Below are positions 10,418-20,800 of a stretch of DNA of 41,190 nt, piece by piece. The stretch comes from an uncultured Candidatus Peribacteria bacterium (GTDB taxonomy: Bacteria; Patescibacteriota; Gracilibacteria; Absconditabacterales; Absconditicoccaceae), in contig CAYXTU010000001.1 of assembly GCA_964468245.1 (NCBI GenBank), positions 1-41,190 on the forward strand, given 5' to 3'. The position numbers and the translations under genes were made by a program. The stretch's first letter is position 1, and every line of letters starts with the position of its first letter. The notes beneath the pieces were generated by a model. The model was not told where the DNA came from, did not search any database, and saw nothing but the letters and a program-made list of their open reading frames with translations.

Positions 10418-12229
10418 ATGGCTATCAGAAATATTGCTATTATTGCCCATGTCGATCATGGAAAAACCAGTCTTGTCGATAAGTTGCTTACGCAGTCGGG
10501 GACTATGAAAATGGCAGAAGATCAGAATCTTATTATGGATAGTAATGATCAGGAAAGAGAAAGAGGAATCACCATCTATTCCAAAAATACTTCCGTCAAT
10601 TACAAAGGTGATGTTATCAATATTATAGACACTCCGTGACATGCGGACTTTGGAAGTGAAGTGGAAAGGGTATTGAAAATGGTCGATAGCGTGTTATTGC
10701 TCGTTGATGCCTACGAATGACCTATGCCACAGACTAAATTTGTTTTGAAAAAATCTCTAGAACTTGGACTCAAACCGATTGTCGTGATCAACAAAATAGA
10801 CAAAGAAACTGCAAGGCCAACCTGGGTAATCAATCAGTTGTTTGATTTGTTTTTTTCGCTTGGTGCAACTGATGATCAAGCAGATTTTCCTATTATTTAC
10901 TGTAGCGCGAAAGGGGGATATGCGTTTGATGATATGAAGGATTTTGAAGAAGCAAAAGAACATGGAGATATCTTTCCGATTTTTGATTTGATAGAAAAAT
11001 ATGTCCAACCAGCAGCAGATTATTCTGATAAACCTTTTCGTATGCAGGTTGTTAACCTCGGATATGATGATTTCATCGGAAGACTTGGTATTGGAAGAGT
11101 ATATGAATGAACAGCAAAACCATGACAAGAAGTAGTGATTTTTGATAATGAAGGAGTCAAAAGAAAAGGAAAAATTACCAAAATATTTACGACGCTTGGA
11201 ATCTCTAGAGTAGAGACACAGCAGGCGCAATGCGGTGATATCGTGACTATTGCTGGTATCCCAAATATCTATGTAGGAGAAACCGTTGGTGTAGAATGAT
11301 GCGAAGCGTTTGCACCGATCAAGGTCGATGCACCGACATTGACGATGGATTTTTTGGTCAATGATTCGCCATTTGCTGGCAAAGAATGAAAGCTCGTAAC
11401 GTCAAAAAATATCCAAGAAAGATTGCATAAAGAACTCCAAACAAATGTCTGATTGGAAATTAATTTTGAAAAATGAGGAAATAGATTCGCGGTTTCTGGT
11501 AGAGGAGAACTCCACTTGTCCGTGCTTATCGAAACAATGAGAAGAGAGTGATTTGAGTTGCAAGTGTCTGCGCCACAAGTAATTTTCAAAGAAGAGAATG
11601 GTCACAAAACTGAGCCGATAGAACAAGTTATCATCAATGTCGATGAAAAACTTTCGGGAACGATTATCGATATGATCGCGAGAAAAAAATGACAAATGGT
11701 AAATATGTTTACGGTAAATGGAACGTCTACACTAGAATTTGAAGTGCCGACAAGAGGATTGCTCTGATTTAGATGACAGTTTGTCTTGGTGACGAAGGGG
11801 GAGTGAATTATCTACAGTTCGTTTTCTCATTACGCACCGTATAAGGGTGATATTCCCAAGAGAACAACTGGTTCTATGATTAGTCAAGAAAATGGAAAAT
11901 GTATGAAATATAGTATCCGAAAGTTGCAAGAAAGAGGGAAAATTTTCATTCTTCCGCAAGCTGCGATGTACGAATGAATGATTGTCTGAGAGTCTGCAAA
12001 GCCAGGTGATATGACGGTTAATTTGACTAAGAATAAACAACAGACCAATGTCAGAGAAAGTGGAAATGATGAGTCAATGCGATTGGAACCTATCATTCCG
12101 TTGACACTAGAAGACTCGTTGGCATATATTAGTACTGACGAATATGTAGAAATTACTCCAAAAAATATCAGACTCAGAAAAGTATTTCTTACGGATTCTG
12201 AGAGGAAGAAGAATTGAGTGAAAAAATAG
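10418..12229 (+). CDS. typA: translational GTPase TypA/BipA (603 aa)
   Basis: Motifs: [27 protein letters not shown] (TGA 10637-10639), NKIDK. I translated the whole central part (…[20 protein letters not shown]…). I count 16 in-frame TGA. Ends …KKNGVKK then TAG 12227-12229. Confidence 0.95.
12146..12229 (+). repeat. direct repeat, left copy (functional last 28 codons of typA)
   Basis: 79/84 nt identical to 13341-13424. All 5 differences are synonymous (ATT/ATC, ACG/ACT, AAA/AAG twice, TAG/TAA). Confidence 0.9.
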
Positions 12230-13340
12230 AAGACTACGTCTGTAATTACACCTACGGTCGTAATTTTTCTGTTGATTTTTTTGCAAAATTACTTCTTTTC
12301 TTTATACTTTATATTGTCTGTCGGGTTCGTCCCATTTTGCCGGACCAGTCTGATCTGGCACAGACATCAAAACGCTTCGCAATTTCTGCGGAGTTTTTTG
12401 ATTATAGCGAAAGTATATTTTTATTATTGAGTGAAAGTAGTGATTTCATTTGTGTTATTGCTGTTTGATTGAGTATTTGAAGTCTTTCTGATTGGGGTGT
12501 TTTCATTTTGATAAATTGTGCATTCATACTTTCTATATTTGCTAAAATAATTAATTGTTCAATAGTTGCTCCATCTCTTATATTTCATTTTCCATTTTTA
12601 TTTTCATCTCTTCGTTGTTTTGCTGTTTTGCCAAAAAGTGCTTTGTTGAGTATATCTGCCTCATCGGCGTAGATTACATTAATTTCTGTTGGTGAAAGCT
12701 CTTTTGGAATCAAATATTCTTTGATTGAATCTGTATGTATCTTGTAATTTACTTTTGTCAAAAATCTTTTTACATTCCAATCTAATGAGTTTGTTTCTTC
12801 TTGTTTGAGTCTTTGAAACTCTTTGATAAAATATAACCTAAACTCTACTGATATTCGATTGGCAAATTCTAATGCAATATCTTTGTGAGCAAATGTTCCT
12901 CATCCATATTTTCATGATTTACTGATAATGCCTATAGCTCCAGTCTTTTCTATCCATCTTTGGGGAGATAGAACAAAAGAATTGAAGCCTGCTTCGTTTT
13001 TAAACTGGTCGAATTCGACCAGTTTAAAAGTTGGATTATATAGTTGTTCCCAAAGACCTAAAAATGCTATAGTTTCTTTGTTTCTAAGCCAATTTTTTAC
13101 AACATCAGCTGGTAATAAGGGGTTTTTGTATTTGGCTATATCGGTTAGACTAATATAGTCAGCATCACTATTTTGAATGACTTTGATTTGTGTTCATTTC
13201 ACTTCTAAGATCAGAGATTCTGGCATTTTTTCTTGTTCAAGAAATAAAACTTCATATATGTGAAGTATAATTATTTCTTTCTGTATATCAAGATAATTTT
13301 TGACAAACGCTTTTTATTCTTTATAGAACTATCTTTTGTT
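12230..13340. mobile_element. ~1.1-kb single-gene insertion (KilA-N cassette) bounded by duplicated typA 3' ends
   Basis: Lies between the two 84-bp typA-end copies. Contains only the reverse-oriented KilA-N gene plus a structured GC-richer tail (12335-12400). No recombinase gene. Confidence 0.55.
12402..13226 (-). CDS. KilA-N domain-containing protein (274 aa)
   Basis: ATG 13226 to TAA 12404..12402, frame checked triplet by triplet, 4 in-frame TGA. Sequence ISLTDIAKYKN…VVKNWLRNKETIAFLGLWEQLYNPTFK.VEFDQFKNEAGFNSFVLSPQRWIEKTGAIGIISKSGKYGGGTFAHKDIALEFANRISVEFRLYFIKEFQRLK matches, from memory, the widespread phage-associated KilA-N family. Confidence 0.75.
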
Positions 13341-13424
13341 GTAGAAATCACTCCAAAAAATATCAGACTCAGAAAAGTATTTCTTACTGATTCTGAGAGG
13401 AAGAAGAATTGAGTGAAGAAGTAA
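13341..13424 (+). pseudogene. orphaned copy of the typA 3' end (28 codons incl. stop), probably the ancestral end
   Basis: Encodes the same peptide [27 protein letters not shown] as 12146-12229 and is followed directly by a strong terminator. No typA sequence lies upstream of 13341. Confidence 0.8.
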
Positions 13425-13447
13425 AAAAAGCCCGAAAGGGCTTTTTT
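13423..13447. terminator. bidirectional rho-independent terminator
   Basis: aaaaaa-agccc-gaaa-gggct-tttttt: perfect stem flanked by an A-run and a T-run, between convergent typA (relic) and the 59-aa ORF. Confidence 0.8.
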
Positions 13448-13527
13448 GTGTTAGTGATAATGTCAGAGTCTCGCAAGACGTCCGAAGGATTTCATTGTAG
13501 GCTCTGTTGTAGGTTTGTATATGATGA

Positions 13528-13707
13528 TTACAATAGTCCATTTTTAATAAGATCCAGATTTATTTCTTTCATTAGGTCTTCTTGCTTATCTCTTATAAAT
13601 TTTGAAATTTCATCTGAATGTTTTTTGTTGTTTTCAATGATTTCAATGTTTTTTGGATCGCTGAAAAACTCTGAGACTGATTGAGGTGTTGTTTTCTTTT
13701 CCATCAT
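13528..13707 (-). CDS. small hypothetical protein (59 aa)
   Basis: ATG ATG at 13707, TAA 13530..13528. MMEKKTTPQSVSEFFSDPKNIEIIENNKKHSDEISKFIRDKQEDLMKEINLDLIKNGLL. Starts 25 nt after the third proS-end relic. Confidence 0.45.
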   Translation of the reverse strand: MMEKKTTPQSVSEFFSDPKNIEIIENNKKHSDEISKFIRDKQEDLMKEINLDLIKNGLL

Positions 13708-13732
13708 GTATGGGGGTATATAATAAAATCTT

Positions 13733-13771
13733 TTAGTAACGTAGAAATAATATTTTTTTGCTTAAATTACC
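13733..13771 (-). pseudogene. third, most decayed relic of the proS 3' end
   Basis: Minus strand reads GGT AAT TTA AGC AAA AAA ATA TTA TTT CTA CGT TAC TAA (…SKKILFLRY*). Compare the real proS end …STKRVLFARSY*. It is followed by the same gttactaaaag… downstream sequence and overlaps the GNAT stop codon. Confidence 0.55.
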
Positions 13772-14208
13772 TTTAATTTGTATAAGTACATTAGGTTGTT
13801 TTTATTTTCCTTTCCGTACGGTTCTTTTATTTTTTTTGTTAGTTTAAATCATAATTTTTTGTGGAGATTGTTTGATTCTATGTATTCTGGTCATACTAGG
13901 GCATGAATATCTTTTTTTATTTTTTTGGCTTCATGTATGACTTTTTGATATAACATTTTTCAAATATGTTGTCCTCTATACCTTGGATCTACAACTATAT
14001 CCGTTACATATATCGTATCGTTTTTCCCAATAAAACTAACTATTGCACCGATTAGTTTGGTTTGATCTTTTGCAACAAAAACGAATCAATAATTAATAAA
14101 TGCTGAGTTTTCATATACATTTCCTACATATTTTTCGTTTCGAATTTTTTTTTCAAGGTCTATGATAGCAAAATTGTCTTGTATCTTGGCTTTGCTTATA
14201 GTAATCAT
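13762..14208 (-). CDS. GNAT-family N-acetyltransferase (148 aa)
   Basis: Frame checked; 4 in-frame TGA. Acetyl-CoA motif A reads IVVDPRYRGQHI-G-KMLYQKVIHEAKK. C-terminal part reads LHKKL-G-FKL. Confidence 0.7.
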
Positions 14209-14233
14209 AGAATGTATTGAATAATTAAAACTT

Positions 14234-14283
14234 TTAGTAACTTCTTACAAATAAGACTCTTCTTTCGCTTTGTCTACCAGTAA
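14234..14283 (-). pseudogene. second relic of the proS 3' end
   Basis: Minus strand reads …ACT GGT AGA CAA AGC GAA AGA AGA GTC TTA TTT GTA AGA AGT TAC TAA (TGRQSERRVLFVRSY*). The ~25 nt after its stop match those after the real proS stop. The GNAT ATG follows 25 nt later. Confidence 0.75.
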
Positions 14284-14296
14284 TAATTTAAAAAAT

Positions 14297-14548
14297 TTAA
14301 TGTTGGAAGTCTTTTGGTCTAAATTTATTTAATTCTGCTCGATCTATTTTTCCTCTTTCTAAAATAGCTTCTTTAGCTTCTTCTTTGAGTTCTCTTCGCT
14401 CTTCTCTTTTTTCTTCTGAGCTATAATTAACACAATGAAATTTGGGTATTGTTTTTCCAGAAAGAATATCTTCTACTTCTTGTGCTGCATCTCTATATGT
14501 TTTTGTTGTTTTGTTTTGTATTCCTTCTTCAAAATCTAACTCTTCCAT
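14297..14548 (-). CDS. small acidic hypothetical protein (83 aa)
   Basis: ATG 14548, TAA 14299..14297, no TGA. MEELDFEEGIQNKTTKTYRDAAQEVEDILSGKTIPKFHCVNYSSEEKREERRELKEEAKEAILERGKIDRAELNKFRPKDFQH. Starts 28 nt after the proS stop. Confidence 0.5.
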   Translation of the reverse strand: MEELDFEEGIQNKTTKTYRDAAQEVEDILSGKTIPKFHCVNYSSEEKREERRELKEEAKEAILERGKIDRAELNKFRPKDFQH

Positions 14549-14576
14549 GGTATATATAGTAAATAATTAAAAATTT

Positions 14577-16106
<1,530 letters not shown>

Positions 16107-16160
16107 AATAAACGATGAAATGATAAATGCTCACTGCGTTCACGATAAAATGATAAATAT
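16107..16160. repeat. GATAAAATGATAAATG-type repeats abutting the proS start codon
   Basis: ataaacgatgaaatgataaatgctcactgcgttcacgataaaatgataaatatg, immediately 5' of the proS ATG (16106..16104) in the gene's orientation. Confidence 0.8.
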
Positions 16161-16230
16161 GTTATTGCAGTATATGAGTTTTTTTATCGAAAAGGGCTGG
16201 ATTATCAAGAGTATTAAACTTAGTTTTTTA

Positions 16231-16298
16231 TCCTCACCCCCTTCCCCCTCTCCTTCAGAGAGGGGTTGCTCCTTCTCTGAAGGAGAAGGTTGGGATGA
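16231..16298. repeat. GC-rich long hairpin element
   Basis: Perfect 13-bp inverted repeat tctccttcagaga (16249-16261) / tctctgaaggaga (16274-16286) inside a C/G-rich stretch, in an otherwise AT-rich intergenic region. Confidence 0.7.
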
Positions 16299-16374
16299 GA
16301 AAAATTACTATAAAATAAAAAAAACTCCCCGCAGTTGCGAAGAGCTTTTGTAATGAAAATTAGTTATGGTTATA

Positions 16375-16698
16375 TTATTTTTTTCTTCTAAGGAAGAATC
16401 CTGTAACGAACAACATACCAAGTACGATTAAGAGCATTCCTCCAATCATATTGCGAAGTGTATAGAGACCGAATATCAAAAGAATAATACCGATGATAGT
16501 GAAGATTTTTTCTTCTGTACTTGCTACTTCTCGTCGATTTCCTATTTTGCTTCCGATTTCTTTACCTTCTTTGGCAACTACTTTTGCTTCTTTTTCTACG
16601 TCTTTTGCAAATGACTTAGCTTTCATTTCTACTGTGCTTACTGTTTTTTTGATAGTAGCTTTTTTTGCTGTTTTTTTTGCTGGCATGAGTATATACAA
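16375..16698 (-). CDS. small lysine-rich membrane protein (107 aa)
   Basis: Uninterrupted ORF with a true TAA stop. Basic/acidic N-terminal half and two C-terminal TM segments (IFTIIGIILLIFGLY, GGMLLIVLGMLFVTGFF). Confidence 0.55.
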   Translation of the reverse strand: MYILMPAKKTAKKATIKKTVSTVEMKAKSFAKDVEKEAKVVAKEGKEIGSKIGNRREVASTEEKIFTIIGIILLIFGLYTLRNMIGGMLLIVLGMLFVTGFFLRRKK

Positions 16699-16757
16699 GT
16701 AAAATTATAAAAGGTTAATTTTGTTATAGAGAAAGTTTTGTGGTTTGCAACTGTTTT

Positions 16758-17744
16758 TTATTCTAATGTTTTTGGTAAAGTAAAAGAAAATCTTGTTCAT
16801 TTTCCATCGGTTCATGATGTGTGTGTTATCTTGCCACCTACTTTGTCGATATATGTTTTGCACAATTTTAATCATAATCCCGTCCCTTTTGTTCACTCGT
16901 TTCCTTGAGTTGTGTATCCTGTTTCAAAAACATCTACTCATTCAGGTATTCCTTTTCCATTGTCTTCTATATAAAAAGTAATATTTTCTGGTGTTTCTTT
17001 TTCTATTCAGATAATTATTTTTCCTCAAAGTTTGCTAAACTTGATTGCGTTGCTTATCAGATTTTCAATAACTGATGTATATATATCTTGGTAGGAGTGT
17101 ATTTTTTTGTCTAATGGAATACTATTTTCTATAGTTATATTATTTTTTTGAATACTATATTCTTTTTCTTCTAGTATCTTTTGGGTTGTTTGGTATATAG
17201 AGTATTGTGATGTTTTGTATATGTCTTCTGCGTTGAATACGCTCTCTTGTATCTGGTTTTTGGCTTCCGATATACAAGTAATACTTGTTTCCAAGATATG
17301 TTTTTTGAATTCTTTGGTGTATGTTTTTTCATCCATAGCAAAGAGTATATTTCCTGTTGTTGCTTTTATTTTGTGAATGATGTCAGCTATTTTTTTGTAT
17401 GCTAAAGGTAGAGTTTGTATCTCTTTTCCAAATATATCGCAATATTGTTTTAATTTTTGAGATGCTTTTATTGCTGGTTCCAAAAGTTCCTCTATGTCTT
17501 TGATATCATATTTGTCTATTGTGGGTATTTGTGTTTTGAGTCCTGCAATACTTCACAACATGTCCAATAAAGATTTATCAATATCTCTTTTGATTTTGGG
17601 AAAATTTTCCTGGGTAAATTCAGTATAGGGTAGGTTTGAAAGTGCCTCATGAATAGCTAGTTTTCTAGCATCTTCTATTGATTGTTGTGATGTACTGTCG
17701 GTTTCTGGGTTTGGGATACTGTTGTTTGTTTTTTCGTTTTTCAT
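16758..17744 (-). CDS. soluble histidine-kinase-like protein (328 aa), no adjacent response regulator
   Basis: Pieces 17553..17744 and 17025..17483 plus the downstream part are in one frame (checked). HATPase motifs: N box VIENLISNAIKFS, G1 YIEDNGKGIP, G2 GTKGTGLGLKLC, then GKGTRFSFTLPKTLE followed by TAA 16760..16758. No N-terminal TM segment. H-box not confidently placed. Confidence 0.7.
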
Positions 17745-17814
17745 TTTTCATGAAGTATATGTATCATATAAACGATATAATTATACTCATATACTCTGTA
17801 AATAGCAAATTTAT

Positions 17815-20800
17815 TTACAATCTGATTTGCATTTTTGCAAGTGGCTGTTTGACGGCCATTTTGTTTTTTGATCTAATGAAAAGACCAAGAGAGATTATTC
17901 TTCTCACTATTTCTGTTTCTTCAAGTAACTGTTTGTCGATATATTTTTGTGAGTAGAGGGGAAGGTGTTCTAGGTGAATAGAATTTCCTTCTACTTTTCA
18001 TTTTGTAGTAAACTTTTGCAGTTCTAAATAAATATGTTCGCTGACAAATGGTGCGAATGGTGCACATATTTTCATATAGCTTTGTAGTACTTCAAACAAG
18101 GTGTTAAACGCTGATTGTTTATCTTTGTTCATACCTGATGCTCGGAATCTTCTTCTTGATCTTCTGATAAATCGATTATTTAATTTTTCTATAAATCCAA
18201 GTACGAGTTTTGCGCTTGTATCGAGGAAGTATTTATTCAATTCTTGTTCGACTTGAATACCCAAGCTGTGAAGTTCTGCGAGTATTCGTTTGTCCAATTC
18301 GTTGTCTATACTGTAGGTAGGAAGCTTAATTGCTTCGAGTTTGTCGAGTGTGGCTGGTGTGGTGTAGAGTGTCGGTCGTAGTTGTTTGAAATTTACATCG
18401 TGGGAAATAATCAGCATATTTTGTCCTGTTCATTTTTTGATTAATTTCTTGTATACACCTATGGTGTCCATGCTTTCGCCTGATCGTAATTTTTTATCTG
18501 TTTTGATTTTTATTTTTTTGCCTCTATATTCTTTCATGATATTTGCGACTGCTTCTGCCGTCTGGACTGTTCTCAATGCAGGGCTTGCATAAATGATATC
18601 TGGATTGATTCTCAAAACATTTTCGATGAATTTTGGATCTTTCATCGCTTGGATTCCTTCTTCTGCTAATGGGTGATCAACTAGTTGTCCATTGGCTTTT
18701 GCGTGTCTCATAAAATACAATGTTGTGTTGTCCGTAGTCCATTTGTCTACGTTCGCATAGGTCTCGAAAAATTTGTATCCATTCATGATTGAAGCCGTGA
18801 AGTCTTTGTATATTTGTTCTACTCATTTCTCTGAAAATCTTACTCCTTCTGCTTTTACTCATGGCGAAGAGAGGAGGTAGAGTCTGTACGCGTCCGTTCC
18901 ATATTTTGAAAATAAATATTCTGGATCTGGATAATTCTTCAATTTTTTTGACATTTTCTTTCCGTCTTCCGCAAGGACGAGACCATTGATAATGACGTTG
19001 TTGAATGAGTTTTGTTTCATGATAGCATTGCCTACTACATGCATTCCTCTAAATCGACCTCTGGTTTGATCCAATCATTCCATAATGAAATCTGCAGGGT
19101 AAATTAATTTAGAATTCAAAATTCAGAATTCAGAATTTTCTTTTCCTGTATATCCTGCCTGTCAAAATGGCATAGAGCCTGATTCAAATCGACAATCCAT
19201 AACTTCTGGGATTCTACGATATTCTTTATTTCATTTTTTGAATCGATAGGTATCTACGTATGGTTTGTGAAGATCCATTTCCCTGTTTCTGTCGTTGTCT
19301 CGGTAGCGAATAGTTATCTGTCCGTTTTTTGGAGAATAATCATATTTTTTTGTCAGATAATCAAAATCTTTGAATGTTTTTTGTATCAAAATAACGGAGT
19401 CTTTGTGTGTTATGGTGACGATTGTTTTTGTTGCAAATTTTTCGTTCACTTCGAGTGTATATGCTTTGCATCTAGCAATTACTTCATCTATAGATTCTCA
19501 TTCGTTTGAAAGTTTTGTATTTGTTGGTCTGTTTATGGTAAGATTAGCTGTCCAGATTTTGTCTTGAAGCTCAGGTATGATAATGTCTGTCGTTCTGAAG
19601 TCTACATAAAGTCTTTCATTGATTTGGAAGAGATTCTGTTTCGAAGTATCCTGGATATAGGATTGGATTTCTTTTTTGTTTCGAAGGTCCTGATATATTT
19701 TTTGGATGTCTTGATATTTTTTTTGAATATCTGCAATGCTGTCGGGAAATTTCTTTTCCAAAAAAGGAAGCACAGTTTGGAGTGATCTTTCTAGCGGTGT
19801 GATAATAATCACTCGATCATCTTTTTTGAGAGAAGCAAGATATTTACTTACTATTTTCGCTTGTTTCAAACCGTTTTTATTAAGCTGTGTTTTGCTGAAA
19901 CTATCGTGCATATGTGTTTCATTGTATACCGTTTCTCCGTGTCTGATGATAACATTTTTGGTTAAGTTTTGTGACCCGGTTCTTGTTCATTGATAGATTT
20001 CTTCTAGTGTTCCTGCTACGATAATGTCTTCTGGTTTTTTTGTATTTTCCCAGATAGGTAGTGGAGATCATCGATATCTATTTCTTGCAAGATTCCAATC
20101 TGGTGCAGATTTTAGTACATCAGTAAATCTTTTTTTGACCGTTTCTGGTATAAATCATATTTTCTCTGCGTTGGGTACGGTTATTTTTGTGAGTTCTTGC
20201 TCTTTGATAAACCAGCTTGTAAGCGCTTTGGAAATCAATGGTGTATCACATCTTCGGCAGTGTGGATAGGAGTGTTCGTATGATCTTTGTCCGATAAGTT
20301 TTCCTTCGTCTTTGAGTCTTTGGATGATGTCTTTGTTGGCGTCGTAGACTCTCGTACCTTTTCGTTCTGGCACCTCGTCGGTGAATTCACCGTAGTCGTT
20401 TACTGGCAAGAAAAGCCAGTTTTTGCTGTCGTCTCTTGGCAAAAATTGTGCCACGGCATTGTAATCTTCCATACCAAACGCTGGTGCAATGTGGACGATA
20501 CCTGTTCCATCTTCGGTGCTGACAAATTCTCCTGCTATGATTTTGAAAAATTGTTCTTTGTATTTTTTATCGATTTTACTGTTGTTGATATATTGGAACA
20601 GTGGCTCGTATTTTAGTCCAACCAGCCCTTCTCCTTGTATAGTTTTGATGAGAATATATTCGTCAGGATTTCTATAATATTGTTTCAAAAGATTTTCTGC
20701 TATGACAAAATATTCCTTCATTGTTGGATCGTAGACTACGCTGTAACGAATATGATTTCCTATAGCAAGAAACATATTGCTTGGTAATGTCCATGGTGTG

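Noticed and set aside
12335-12385. gggttcgtccc within a structured segment looked like a tRNA T-arm fragment, which could mean a tRNA-derived att site in the KilA-N insert.
   Set aside because: No 5-bp T-stem, no acceptor stem or anticodon arm can be drawn. It is better described as a small multi-hairpin element of unknown role.
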